A stretch of 64,000 bases of DNA from Salpingoeca rosetta (lineage: Eukaryota; Protista; Choanoflagellata). The translations under genes and the position numbers were made by a program. A model generated the notes under the pieces. The model made no database searches. It saw only the letters and a program-made list of their open reading frames with translations, and had not been told where the DNA came from. Location of the stretch: contig JAWQFM010000003.1 of NCBI GenBank assembly GCA_033442325.1, positions 1,456,473 through 1,520,472 of the forward strand, given 5' to 3'. Positions 34,698 to 54,255 of this stretch are shown piece after piece (the first letter of the stretch is position 1; each line of letters opens with the position of its first letter).

Positions 34698-34980
34698 CCC
34701 TTCTTCTTTGTTGTCTCCTTCTTGTCTTGTTGTGTTGTTTTTGTGCTTTTCTTTCTTGCTTGCTTGCCAACGCTGTAGCCAGCAGCCACTTTTCTTCTTT
34801 CAGGTGGTTGATGTTTGTGGACACTCACTCCCACGCACACGCACACACATACATCCGCTACAACATGCGCAGGCAGCCAATGCAGTGACTGCAACTCATG
34901 TCCACAACAGCGAATCACCACGCACCAACGGCACTGCGCATCGGAGCCAACGCACAAATCAACCAACAGCAGCGGTGCCA

Positions 34981-35877
34981 TTAGCGCCGCCAGATCTTGA
35001 GCATCTTGTCTGCGCCGCCGCTGGCCACAATCGAGCCAGTTGGGCACCAGTCCACAGCAAACACAGAGCCCTCGTGGCCAGGCAGGTCTCGCGACAGCTT
35101 TGTGTCTTTCGTCTGCCACAGCTTGAGCGTGCTGTCCTCGCTTGCCGTGATGAACATGCGCGAGTCTGGCGCCCACGCGCACCGGAAGACCGGTCCGACA
35201 TGCCCACGCAGCGTGGCAACAAACTCGCCCTTGCGGTTCCACACGCGGGCAGAGCGGTCAAACGCACAGCTGACGATCCAGCGCCCGTCTGGGCTGAACT
35301 TTGCGTAGTTGACGGGTCGCTGGTGGCCAGTCATGCGGCAGATGGGCTTCTTGCTCTTGCTCGGCTCCCAAAGGAACAGCGTGTGGTCCTGCATTGGTGT
35401 GCGCACGTGAGTCAGTGTGTGTGAGTGTCAGTATGTCAGTGTGTCAGTGTGTGTGCGTGTGTGCGTGCGTGAGTGAGGAGTGGGTGAGTGAGAGAGGGAG
35501 AACGGGGACACGAGTGACACAGAAGGGGACAGAGTGAGTGAGTTGGGAGAGAGAGAGAGTGTGTGTATACAAATGTGTGTAGGTGTGTTGATGAAGCAAG
35601 AGATGTGTTGGCAAGTGTCTTCACCTCGCTGGCGGAGACCATGAGTTCCTTCTGTCCTTTTGCTTCGTTGTACCGCTTGAGACTCGTCTCCGTGATGTCG
35701 CCCTCTGTAGCGAAACACCATCATCACACATACGCACGCACGCGATAATGAGACATAGCCGTGCTTTTTCACTTGACAGACAGGCAGAGGCCGGCTAGAG
35801 AACATGCTGCAAAGAGACAAGCGGACGGACAGACGGACGGACAGACAGTCAGACACACACACACACACACACAACAC

Positions 35878-35923
<46 letters not shown>

Positions 35924-37456
35924 CACCGATGACGCCACGCTCGTTGAAGGCGCCCGTCCTGAGGGCGTGGTCTGTGCTGAGAGAAAGGCAGTTCACCCAA
36001 TGCGCATGACCCTGAAGGATACACAGTGGCATGAACAGGGCGCGGGTGAGTGATACAGCGCAACACACAGTGAGTGGGTGGGTGTTCGTGTGTTCGTGTG
36101 TGCGTGTGTGTGTGTGTGTGACTGTGATGTTGTTGTGTTGAAGAGATCGAACCTTCATGGACCATGCCATTGCTCCGTCGTGTGCCCGCCACGCTTTGAT
36201 GGTGGTGTCCTGCGATGCCGTGTAGATCATGCCTTCACCGCCCCACACAACGCACTTGACTGCCTTGGTGTGCTGCGACAGCGTCATCAGGCATCGCCCA
36301 ACAGACACATCCCATATCTTCACCGTGCCATCCTGCAACACCAACAGTGTTGGTGCGGGGAGGGCGAGAGGTGACAAGTGCAATGCATGGTGTGAGTGTG
36401 AATGTGGGTGTGAATGTGGGTGTGAATGTGGGTGTGAATGTGGGTGTGAATGTGGGTGTGAATGTGGGTGTGAATGTGAGTGTGAATGTGGGTATGTATG
36501 TGCATGTTGCTTGCGGAGCTCAGGGGCAAATCGCAGAGCACCGCATGTCACAGTCCCCCGCATCTCACCGCTGACGCTGATGCAAGCCGTGTGGAGACTT
36601 TGTGTTTCGACCTGGTAATGTGTGCATGTGCGGGTCGAATGTGAGAAAGCGTTGACAGGTCAGAGACGCCGACAGCGGTGCCAGAACTTCACATCTCCCA
36701 CTCACCCTCCTCAATGACAACAGCGAGCGACTGTTCTTACGTGTGCATTGGCTCCCACGACAGCCATGTGACGTATTTCCTGTGCCCCTTCAGCGGTGCG
36801 CAGGCGGGCGATGCGCGATCTGCTTTCCACACGCGAATCTACAACACACACACATGTACATGCACACACATGCACACACATGCACACATACACACACACG
36901 CACAAGTGAGTGTGGATAGTTGTGGTCTGCGTGTTGGTCCCATCAGTCATCGTACAGCAGCGTACAGTTGGGCAATACAGGCAGCAGCAATGTGCCAGGC
37001 GTCGGTACCTCGCAGTCGCGGCTGCCGGACGCAAGCAGCTGTGAATCGGGCGACCATGCCACACACTGCACCCAGCTCTTGTGTCCTGCACAGGTGTAGA
37101 CCACATGTGCATGAAATCAGTGTCATGCATCGTCAACGCAGCCACTGAGACGGGTTCAAGACAAAACACGTGCATTCTCATCTCCACCACACTGGTCTCG
37201 TTGAGGGTGAGCCCTCCTGCACTCTTCCTCAGTGCTCCATCGCAGCCGCACCTTTGCATGTCTTGCGTGGTGTTGCTGTGAACACATCCCAGAAACGGAC
37301 GGTTTGGTCACCACTGCCGCTCGCGAGCGAGTTGCCATCGGGACTGAATGCCACATCGACAATGTTGTCCGCATGCCCTGCAAGATGGCTTGTGATGAGT
37401 GCCGCGCCAGTTATTTGCAAGAACACACGAGTACAAGCACAGACAGACAGACAGAT

Positions 37457-37497
<41 letters not shown>

Positions 37498-37542
37498 CAC
37501 ACACACACACACGCAAACACACGCAAACACACGCAAACACAC

Positions 37543-37585
<43 letters not shown>

Positions 37586-38278
37586 AACACACACACACAC
37601 ACAAACGCACACACACACACACAACTCTACACCTCCCTCTCCCTCTCCTGCTGCTGTCCGATCTTGCATGTTGTTCCCATACCTGGAATGGTGCCGCTGC
37701 ATTGCGAGATACCGGCAACACGGAAGACAGCCTGGGGCTGATACACGACTCGAACCACTTCCTCAGAGGATACACCGGTTGTGTTCATGATGTCAAGAAT
37801 GTCGGTTGTGATCTCCTTGTCCTTGACATAGAATGCATACGGCGCTGGATCCTCCTACGCCATGATCAGGTGGTTGCGTTGTATCGTGTAAGTATGTGCG
37901 GCAAACAACGGTGAGCGAGAGCAATCAGGGCAGGGCTTTCTGCAGGTGAAGGTAGCAAGGGTGTGGTCTTCATGTGTCATGCGCAGGCGGGCCAATGTGC
38001 AGCATATGTGGGAGTGTGCTGCGAGCAGGGCTGGAAGGACGCGTCGCACCTCTTCGAGGATCTCGTTGCACAGCATTTGGAGCTGTGCTGGTGTGGTCTC
38101 TGATGACAACTCGATTGGCTGACATGCTTCCTCTCCTTCCTCATTCACAAGCTGTACCAGCACTCGCACATGCTCGTGTTTCCTGTCGCGTGGCGAGGAG
38201 AATGCGTTGAGCGTGTGTGCACAAGGAGTGAGGAGGAAGGTGCCATATGTGTGTGTGTGTGTGCGCAACTTATGTGCG

Positions 38279-38341
<63 letters not shown>

Positions 38342-38408
38342 ACAGTTGGCTAACTTACTTTTCCTCCTCCAGCTTGGCCTGGAGCTTGGCCTTCTTGTAC
38401 GACGCCAT
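34981..38408 (-). CDS. NLE1: Notchless homolog / Rsa4 ribosome biogenesis factor (NLE domain + WD40)
   Basis: [100 protein letters not shown] and [28 protein letters not shown]. Confidence 0.93.
36395..36492 (+). repeat. 12-bp tandem repeat (TGTGAATGTGGG)n, intronic
   Basis: About seven visible copies. Confidence 0.9.
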
Positions 38409-38638
38409 GTCTCTCGCGCGCGTGTGTGTGTGTTCGGTGTTGGTGTGTCCTGTTTGCGTTTGTGTTTGCATACACGTGGGTTGCAGCTTTTAATCGCGCA
38501 TCGAATCATGACCTAAATTATCAAATTGACGACAGCGATGCCGTGCATGCACACAGACACACAGAGACGCATGCACACAGACACACAGACACACAGACAC
38601 ACACAGACAGACACACAGACACACACACAGACAGACCA

Positions 38639-39810
38639 TCAGTTCAGGGAGGCAATCTTGGCACGCATGTGCTTGATGGTGGCTGTGGTGCGTTTGTTGA
38701 GGGGCACGTTGTGCCTGAGTGCGCATGCCCACATGGCATCAAACACAGCCAGGGCCTCAGCAGCCGCACGTGCACCCGAATCAGTGGCATCATCGTCCCC
38801 TCCTTCTCTTTCAATCCTAGTTCTATCTTCTCCCAAATGTGCCCCACTCTTGTGCCCAGCACACGCTTCATCGCCTTCAGTATCACCATCGCCAAAAGAC
38901 CTCACCTCTTCACTTTGACCACCACCACCACCACCATCACCAGCAGTCACCAGCCTGCGATCGTGCTCGCTCAAGCACGCGCTCAGCGCAAAGACGACCT
39001 GACCCGGTGCTGTGTCCACACCCAGCGTCTCCAGCACCTCCAGCGCAGCGCGGCCGTCCCCACGTGTCACTGCTGCCACCAGCACGTGGTGCAGGTGCTT
39101 CTGCCGCGCGGTGGCCGCCGTCAGCTGGCCGCTCTGCACAAGACCCTCCACCACCTCCTCCGCAGCAGCCGTCCTTTGCTGCGCGGCGAGTTCGCGTGCA
39201 ACCACCAGGTGCACAGGCGGCGGCGCGTGGGAACCAAACGTGCGCGGGTACTCCCTGAGCAGCTGCGTGGCGGCACACACGCCATCGCCAGTCATGACAG
39301 CGCGCATCAGGGCGTGGTGCATGCGGTTGCGCGGGTCGCGGAAGTTGGCTGAGCTCAGATGCTGTGCAACCCGCAGGGCATGCGAAGACGCGCCAGCAGC
39401 AGCAAAGCAATCCAGCAGCCGCAGCCTGTCTGTCACCGTCATCTGACCCTGCTCTGTCAGCATGCCCTCCAGCTCAAGCGCACGCGCAACAGCGCCCGCC
39501 TTGCATGCCACGTGCAGCGCGGCCTTGTAGTGTGTGGCAAGCGCAAGCCCTTGCGCCTCCAGCATGGACAGGCACCGGTCCGCTACCTGTGTTGCAGCAG
39601 ACCAGCGAATGCACGTGAGCGCAACACGCGGCGCAGACTGCAGGCACACGCCGCGTAGTTCAAACGTGTCCAGCAAATTGTTCAAAGCCGGCCAATTGCG
39701 CTGCTTCGCCAAGTGCGTCACAAGGAGCAAGCCCGCTTCCTCAACACCATCACTGCTGCTGGCGACGGGTGCTGCAGATGTGCTTGGCATGCCAGTCACA
39801 GCAACAGCAC

Positions 39811-39880
<70 letters not shown>

Positions 39881-39882
39881 GC

Positions 39883-39916
<34 letters not shown>

Positions 39917-42094
39917 GCGATGACCACGGCGCGAAGTGTCATGGCGGTGGTTTGCAGACGGGCCTGATCGTATACCACCGGCCGGTGCTGCTGTGAAAGG
40001 TGGTGACGTGGCGGGTGTATCCCCCGTTGTTTGCATGGCTGTTGATGTTCGTGCTGTGTTAGGCGAGGCTGTGTGCGTGACATTTGCGGATGCGTCACGT
40101 GGCAGGGATACGTGTTGCCTTATCCACGCAACACCCTGTGCTCCGTTGCCGCCCTTGCCACGATACCGCAGCCGTGCACCTTGCCTGGTAGTTGCCGCAA
40201 TGCTGTTGAAGTAGCGCACGCCCGCATCGTCACGCCTGCTTGCATCACGCTGCCGCAGAATGGCGGTGAGGGTGCTCGTGTGGAACCTTGCGCCCATGTC
40301 CTGTCCGTACGCCGCAAGCAGTGGGCCAACACGCGGCACAATGTCTTCCACACGGTCGGCGGCAATGAACGCCCGCGTGAGCGTGCGCAGCGTGGATGCA
40401 TCAATGACACCCTGGCTCCGTGCACCACTGATGTCGCTGTCTTGTCCATCACCACCACCAGCACCATGGTGAACGACACAGTCAGCGGCACCACCACCAC
40501 TACCACTACCACCATCAGCGTGTCGGCAAACACGACCAGCGACTCGGGGTGTTGTCGAAGCAGTCGCAGCAGCAGCAGCAGCAGGAGGAGGAGGAGCAGC
40601 AGGTGTGGTGGCGGCAGTTGTAGTAGTGGCAGCGCCATGAGCGGTGTTCAGTTCTCGCTCGAGGGCTGCAAACGTCTCCAGGGCACCGTCCACGTCGCCG
40701 TATTGCGCCTGCGCTTTGAGTGTCGCGTGCAGCAGCGTTGCGTGGTCAACGAGTGGCGGCGGGGCAGGCGGGTCGGTTGGCGCCGCCGCGTCTGCTGTGA
40801 GCCACGTGGCAAAGTCAACAAAGTCTGCCATGGTGGCGTGGGTGGCGATGCCGTCAAGTACGGCTGTCATGAAGGCGGGGGTGAGCACCAGGTCCGGGTA
40901 GATGCTCTGCCAGTCTGCAATGCGAAGCAGCAGCGCGGGAGTGGCGCTGCCCAGCTCAATGTGAGCGCACGCGCAGCTTGCCAATAGTGCTGGCGTGAGC
41001 TGCTCTTGCTGGTGCAGCTGCGTGATGATGGCCTCTGCTTCCGCGTGCTGCCCGCGCGCCACGTAGCACCTGTACACGGCAAGTTGCAGGTGAGGGGGCC
41101 AGGACATGCCCTGCTCAAGCATGATGCGCATGAGACGCTGAACGCCGTCGAGGTGGTACGCGGCGCCACAGGTGTGGACGGCCTTGCAGAGCGCAAAGGC
41201 GTCCAAGGTAACGCCGTTTGCCATGGCCAGCATGATGGCTTTCTCCGCACCAGCAGCGTCCTGTCGTCGCTGCAGCACGCCAAGTGCGCGGTGCACGTCC
41301 TCCTTGGAGACGGGCGGGGGCACGCGGTCCGCGTGTGCAACGGCCGCAAGGAAGGCCTGGAGGGCATTTCCGCCGTTGCGATTGCTTCTTGGCCTGTTCG
41401 CTGCTGATGTGGTGTGAAAGTCTGCATTGGCTGCGTTGTGAAGGTCTACGCTTGCTGCGACTGCCGCCTCGGCATCTGTGGTCACGAGCGGCGGTTTAGT
41501 ATCCGGGGCATGCCGCAGTGGTCTGTGTGTACTGGAGACCTCGCGTTTGACATGGTCGTGTGTTAGTGTTGATGGTGGTTTTGATGGAGGTCTTGATGGA
41601 GGTCTTGGTGGCGGTGATCGATCCTTCTCTAGCTTCTGCTGCTGCTGCTGTTGTTGCTGTTGTTGCTGTTGTTCTGTGGCAATCAGTGTGGATGCTGATC
41701 GGCGATGCGACAGGTGCCGTCTGAGAACAGAGGGGTGGCGTATGTGTCTGGTAGCTGTATCTTCACACAAGTGCTGTGTGCCTCCAAGCCAGGAGTGCTG
41801 GGTCTGTTTGGCAGGCGCAGCCCACCCACTGCCGCGTTCGCCATGCCACCTCCCGCCACGGCACAGGCACACGTGGGGCAGTGGGCGCTGTGTGGGGTGG
41901 GCGCGAGCAGCTGCGCGTGGCTGCTCCGGCGTTGCTTCGTGCCTCCACCCCGTGTGCAGCACGTACCCTTCTCCTACTCCTCCTCCTATTTCAACACGAC
42001 CGCCAACACTGCTTCCAACACTGCTACTCCTGCTGCTGCTTCCACAGCACGCACGCTGCTGCCGCCTCAACCCACACCACCGCCGCCAAGCCAT
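38639..42094 (-). CDS. Intronless degenerate pentatricopeptide-repeat (PPR)-like protein, probably mitochondrial, 1151 aa
   Basis: Helix-pair repeats AFALCKAVHTCGAAYHLDGVQRLMRIMLEQG, LHATLKAQAQYGDVDGALETFAAL, YKAALHVACKAGAVARALELEGML and LLDCFAAAGASSHALRVAQHL. Arg-rich, acid-poor N-terminus; poly-Q and poly-N inserts. Confidence 0.7.
39811..39917 (+). repeat. (TTG)n trinucleotide repeat encoding poly-Asn in the PPR-like ORF
   Basis: Directly visible. Confidence 0.95.
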
Positions 42095-42232
42095 ATCCAG
42101 TGCCTAAAATTTATGGTGTCGTCAACAGATTCACAAGTTTGCAACGAAAAGACAAGCACGCTGCCAAGCCAGGTGTTGTGTGTGGCGTTGCGTTGTTGTG
42201 TGGTTGGTGGAGCCCCGAGACAGGCAGCAGCG

Positions 42233-48561
<6,329 letters not shown>

Positions 48562-49501
48562 CGTGAACCACCGCGCGCTGTTCCACCTGCAGTTGTGTGC
48601 AGTGAGATGTTAGCGTAGTATCTTGACATACCGAAGAGCACGCAGCGTTGTGTGAAAGGAAATCACACACACATACAGACAGACAGACACAGACACAGAC
48701 ACACACATGCACACAGACACAGACACACACACAGACACACACACGTGTACACAGACACACATGCACACAGACACAGACACAGACACACAGGCACAGACAC
48801 GCACAGACACACAGACACACAGACACACAGACAGACACAGACAGACACAGACACACACAGGCACAGACACGCACAGACACACAGACACACACACATATGT
48901 GCCAACGTACAAAGCAGTCAAGGATCGAAGCTGGGGCGGTGTTCTGAAGACACTGGCCAATGCAGTGACAGCGGTGGATGCAGCTGTTGGCGCTGTTCTT
49001 GACAAGAAGCAGAGATCACGACGCTGGCTCAACAGGAGGAATCGGCAACAACAACGTGCTCTTCGCCACATCGATCAATCTCTGGTCGTGGTTGGTGAAA
49101 ATTATGAACATGTTTCAACACATTTCTACGCTGACACCAACAAGCAAGCAAAGACGAGCAACAGCGGTTATTTGGGTTTGCACCACCACCACCACCCCCG
49201 ATCAGCAGCACCAACCAAGACAAGGCCGCATCAACGCGAAAGCCAGGCGAGGAGTACACGAACCATCATCGGCTTCCCTTTCCACGAATATCTCTTCCCT
49301 TTGGTACCACTCCCCGTCCCTGCTTTTCTCTCTTTCTCGTTCTCTCGCCTCTGGCGTTGGCATAGAGCAAAGCAGAAGCACGCCTCCCGTTGAGCTGTGC
49401 AAGGACAAGCAACCCACTCAACAAGAAGACAGGAGGAAGAAGAAGCAAAACGGGGACGTAGTCCTGCATCAGGATCAGATTGAAAAGACGGACAAGCAGA
49501 C

Positions 49502-49656
49502 ATGTCGTCACAGGACACCACGCGACAGCTCTTCACGGAGATTGGCTGTCTTGAGCATCCGTTCATGAAAGTAAGGACATGAGAGAGAGAGAGCGTGTGT
49601 GTGTGTGTGTGTGCGGCGGTTTGCGTGTGTGCGTGTGTGTGTGCGTGCGTGCGTGC

Positions 49657-49688
<32 letters not shown>

Positions 49689-52148
49689 GTGTACACGAGA
49701 TCTGGTTTGCTTCCTTCGATTCACAGGGGTACAACAACGCCGCTTTCACCTTGACAGGCTTCTGTGGACGAGGTGGTGCGCGTGTCAAAGAGCTGTCAGA
49801 AACTCATCGACACGGAGATGGTCAGCATAATCAAGGCCTTTGACGAGCTCGCCGGCTCCTCTGACGTCTCTGCAGCTGTCGTGGACGCCAGGCTAGCAGC
49901 AATGCAGACCCAAATTGAACAACTCGAGGACCAGGTGTGTTGTGTGTTTGTGTGTGTTTTGGACTTGGTGTCCACATCGTGCACGACAATGTGCCCTGAT
50001 TTTTGGTGTAATCTGACACCTGTTCCTCGTTCCCCCTTCTGCTTAACTCGCCTTCAATCCCGTCCCTTCCCTGCTCAACTCAACATCATCTCGCTCCACC
50101 CACCAGATGCAAGAGATCCGGCAAGCCGAGAGTGAAGTGTTTGAAATGTGCGCTGCTCGTGTGCAACATCTCCAAAACGCCGAGACAATGAGGTGCGACA
50201 GCATGGTGCACCATCGGTGATGGGGATTGTCATGAATGTTGCCGCATCGGTGTTGCACAACCTTATCCATCACACGCTCGTGTTGCGACGTGGAAGCATG
50301 TGTTCGCGTGGGTTCACGATTCACACGGCTTTTGTGGCGCCGTGTGTGTCGCCATCATCCACCTTTTCTCTCACCCTTCTCACCATCACGTCTCAACATC
50401 TCCGGCCTTGCATGTCCATCCCACAACGCAATCCTGTGGCAGTGCGGACCTGTGGAAGCAGCTGCGCGTCAACCGCTTTCTCGCCGACTATCTCCTCCGT
50501 AATGGCCTGTACGACACGGCGGAGAAGCTTGCTGCCGTCCCCGCGCTGGCGTCCCTCATCAACGTCCCCCTCTTCCAAGAGGTGCGTGCGTTGGAGCAGC
50601 ACATCCGCAACCGCGAGTTTGAGCCCGTGTTGGTGTGGCACGCGCGCCACGAGCAGCGGCTGCGGCGACTGGGCAGCACCCTCCTCTTCAAGCTGGAGCT
50701 GCAGGTCTTCATCGAGGTGCGATATGCTGTGCTGGGTCGCGCTGGGCTGTGTGTGTGTGTTTGAATGTGTGTGTGTGTGTTTGAATGTGTGTGTGTGTGT
50801 TTGAATGTGTGTGTGTGTGTTTGAATGTGTGTGTGTGTGTTTGAATGTGTGTGTATGTGTGTGTGTGTTTGAATGTGTGTGTGTGTATGTGTGTGTGTAT
50901 GTGTGTGTGTGTGTTGTGTGTGTATGTGTGTTTTGTTCGCATAATGGTTAGAACTCCACCGTTTCCCTTTGAGCAGCCTCACGTCTTTGACAAATCCTAC
51001 ACCCTCCTGCTGGTCCTGCTGGTCCTGCTACTTCGGCTGTCGTCCCTCATTTCACAGTTGATACGCAAGGACGAGCGGGCAGAGGCACTCGCGTACGCGC
51101 GCACTGCATTCCCAAAACACGCCCAGCAGGTACGTGTTGTGTTGCTCGTTGGGTGTGTGGTTGTTGCGAATCAGCGCTCACACGTTTCCCTGAACTGTGT
51201 TGGTTTCACCTTCACCTTCATTGCCATCGTCCAGCACATGGACACAATCAACAAGGCAGTCGGCGTGCTCGTGTTTCCTCAGCAACACGCATCGCAGGTA
51301 CGCACGTGCACGTTCACGACACGGCGACAGCAGTGGAGTGACTGAATGCTTCCTTTTGGATTGTTTTATCCGCACTGTTTCTTCGCCTTTGACAAACGCA
51401 CACCACACCACATTTCCGCATTTACACACACACACACACGCACACACACGCACACATACACATTATGCACGTGTGCATTCACACGCGTGTGCAGGAGTTG
51501 CTATCGGAAGAACGGCTTGAGGACTTGGTGCAGCAGCTGCGACGCAACAACTTTGCACTGCACAGCCTCACCGCCCAGTCTGTGTTTGACGCCACGCTGC
51601 AAATTGGCGTTTCCGCCTTCAAAACCGTGCACTGCGGCAACCCAAACACAGCGCTCTCCACCTGCCCCGTGCGTACGGCTCGCGTGTCACCTTGCATCTT
51701 GTGCGTGTGTGTGCGTGTGCGCATGTGCGTGTGCGCGTGTGTGTGCATGCTGTTGTTGTTGGCGGTGTTGAGTGTGCATCATCAGCGTGGCTCATTCACG
51801 CTCACTCCCATACGCACACTCACTCCCATACGCACACTCACTCCCATACGCACACATACACATTCACGCATTGACACGCATGCATGCACAGACGTGCAGC
51901 AAAGACATGCAGCCGCTGGCAGCGAAGATGCCGTATTCGGTGCAGACGACGTCCAAGCTGTATTGCCGCATCAGCAATGCCAGGATGGACGAGCACAACC
52001 CGCCCTACATGCTTCCAAACGGCCAGGTCTACTCGGAACAGGTGCGCCCCGCGTTTTTGCGCTCTTGAGGCAGTTTGGGTTGTACTGGTGTTGTGCTGCG
52101 TGGTGGGTTTGAGAGGGGGGGGGGAGTTGTGGCTTGCTCGCTTGCTGT

Positions 52149-52233
<85 letters not shown>

Positions 52234-52362
52234 TCATGCATTGCTTACATGAACATGATTTAGGCGTTGCGGAGCATGCAGGAAACCAACGGCCACATCA
52301 CGTGTCCAGAGACGCACAACACGTTCCACATGAGTGAATGCAAGCGCGTGTACATTGTGTGA
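49502..52362 (+). CDS. MAEA: MAEA / Gid9 (Fyv10) subunit of the CTLH E3 ligase
   Basis: MSSQ..LEHPFMK; LisH RVNRFLADYLLRNGLYDTAEKLA; CTLH STLLFKLELQVFIE|LIR; LQIGVSAFKTVHC; SKLYCRISNARMDEHNPPYMLPNGQVYS; ITCPET..KRVYIV*. Confidence 0.92.
50761..50880 (+). repeat. About 20-bp tandem repeat TTGAA(TG)n, intronic
   Basis: Five to six visible units. Confidence 0.85.
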
Positions 52363-53016
52363 TGGTGTGCCCAGTGCATGCACCAACGCATCGCATGATT
52401 GATCGACCCATTGTAGTTTCTCTTCCTCATCTCGCCATTGTTTGTTACCCATAGCCCGCCACGCTCACCCCCTCTCTTTCTCACTGTAATAAACGAACGA
52501 GTGCAAACCTTGAGCGTGTTACGTGTATTGCCATGTGTGCATCAAAGCAACGGAAGCTACGACGATGACAATGCAGACACACACACACAAGTGGCAGAGA
52601 TGAACCAATCCTCTCCACACCACACCACATCACACAACATGCAACAGCAGGATAGAACACACAAGGCGGACATTAAACTCGTATGTATGACAGAAGCATT
52701 GAGACCAACGAAAAACACAGCTGTCGTGTGGCGCTGATGCACAAACGCGCAATCACATCACACCACATCATGGGCACACTCATGGCTCCTTCCTTCAGGG
52801 GGGAGGGGACACATTACACAACTCAACACGCACATCACACCATCACACATAACAGGGGCATGTGTGTCCAGCTACCAGGCAGCCCTATCCCATTTCTCGG
52901 TCACATCTTGCCTCCACCAATCCACCGCAACACAAACGCGTCACACGCGTCCAACGCGGCCAACGCATCAAACGCATACCTGCAATTGCACAAGCGCGCA
53001 CGAGTGCGAACGTGCC

Positions 53017-54156
53017 TCAGAGGATCTTGAAGACGGACTTGAGGCGTGCCATGAGGCGCCAGTCCTCCTTGGAGAGGTCCTCCCTGAAGTAGTTCTTCAC
53101 GGCGTCAATTGAGTCGCGGCTGATGCGGCTCACAAGCTCGTCCTCAACGTCAAAGTGGCGGCCAACCATCTTCTTCTCCCCGCTCACGGGCTCAATCTTG
53201 ATGCTCACCTCCTGGCCCTTCTTGGCAAGGTCCACCTCCTTGTGCTCAAACTGCATCGAGGAGACGACGCCAATGTCAACCGAGTCCTTGGACGGCACGC
53301 ACAGCGGGGTGCCCGTGCGCAGCAGGCCCTCCTCCACGCGCACGCCAACCACAATTGGGTCGCGCGCGTTGAACACGCAGTCGGGGACAATCTGCAGGCG
53401 GCAGGGGAACACGGCAATGTTGCGATACCGCTCGCGCAGTTGCTGCTTCACCTCCTCCATGTGCTTTCGGAACGATTCCTCCAGGTGGTAGATGATGTCC
53501 GCCTCGAAGATGCGAATGCCCTCCCGCGCCGCGTACCGCTTGGCGTCTGCGTCCACGGGCACGTCAAAGGCGAGGATGCAGGCGTACTTTGGATCGCGCT
53601 GCAGCTGGATGGTGCACCGCGTCACGTCGCGCCTGTGCACGGGCCCAATGTTCACTGCAGACACGGGGATCTTCTCCGTGCGCAAAAACTCCAGCAGTGC
53701 CTCGAGCGAGCCGAGCGTCGACGCCTGCACGCACACGCCCTTCTCCACCGTCTTGATGGCGTTGAGCGTGTCCTCCAGCAGGCGCTCTGCCTCCTCCTTG
53801 TACACCTCTTCCTCCTCGGGCGTGTGCGCCACATACAGCGGCAGGCCCGCCACGGCCTTCTCCAGGTTCTTGCCCGCAATCTTCACACCCTGCGCAGCGC
53901 GCACCTCCTTGTGCAGCACATATGCGTTCTTCACGCGGAGTTCCTTGAGCGGCGCCGGCATGAGCAGCGAGCGCGCCGTGGTGACGATGGGGCCCTCCAG
54001 CCCGCCCAGCACAATGGTGTCGCCCTCGCGAAGCGTGCCGTTGGTCAGGATCACGTCAATCGTCGTGCCGTAACCCTGCACCTCCTTCACCTCAAGCACC
54101 GTGCACTCAAGCTCCTCGCTGTACGCTGTTTGGGGGGGGGGGGTCGGCACGCATGT

Positions 54157-54255
<99 letters not shown>

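Noticed and set aside
48707-49393. 228-aa ORF between TRMT2A and MAEA
   Set aside because: It starts within a (CAGA/CA) repeat and has no recognisable motif; MAEA has its own start at 49502.
50761-51860. Regular 20-bp and 18-bp repeats as CRISPR-like arrays
   Set aside because: No unique spacers and no cas genes; these are intronic minisatellites in a eukaryote.
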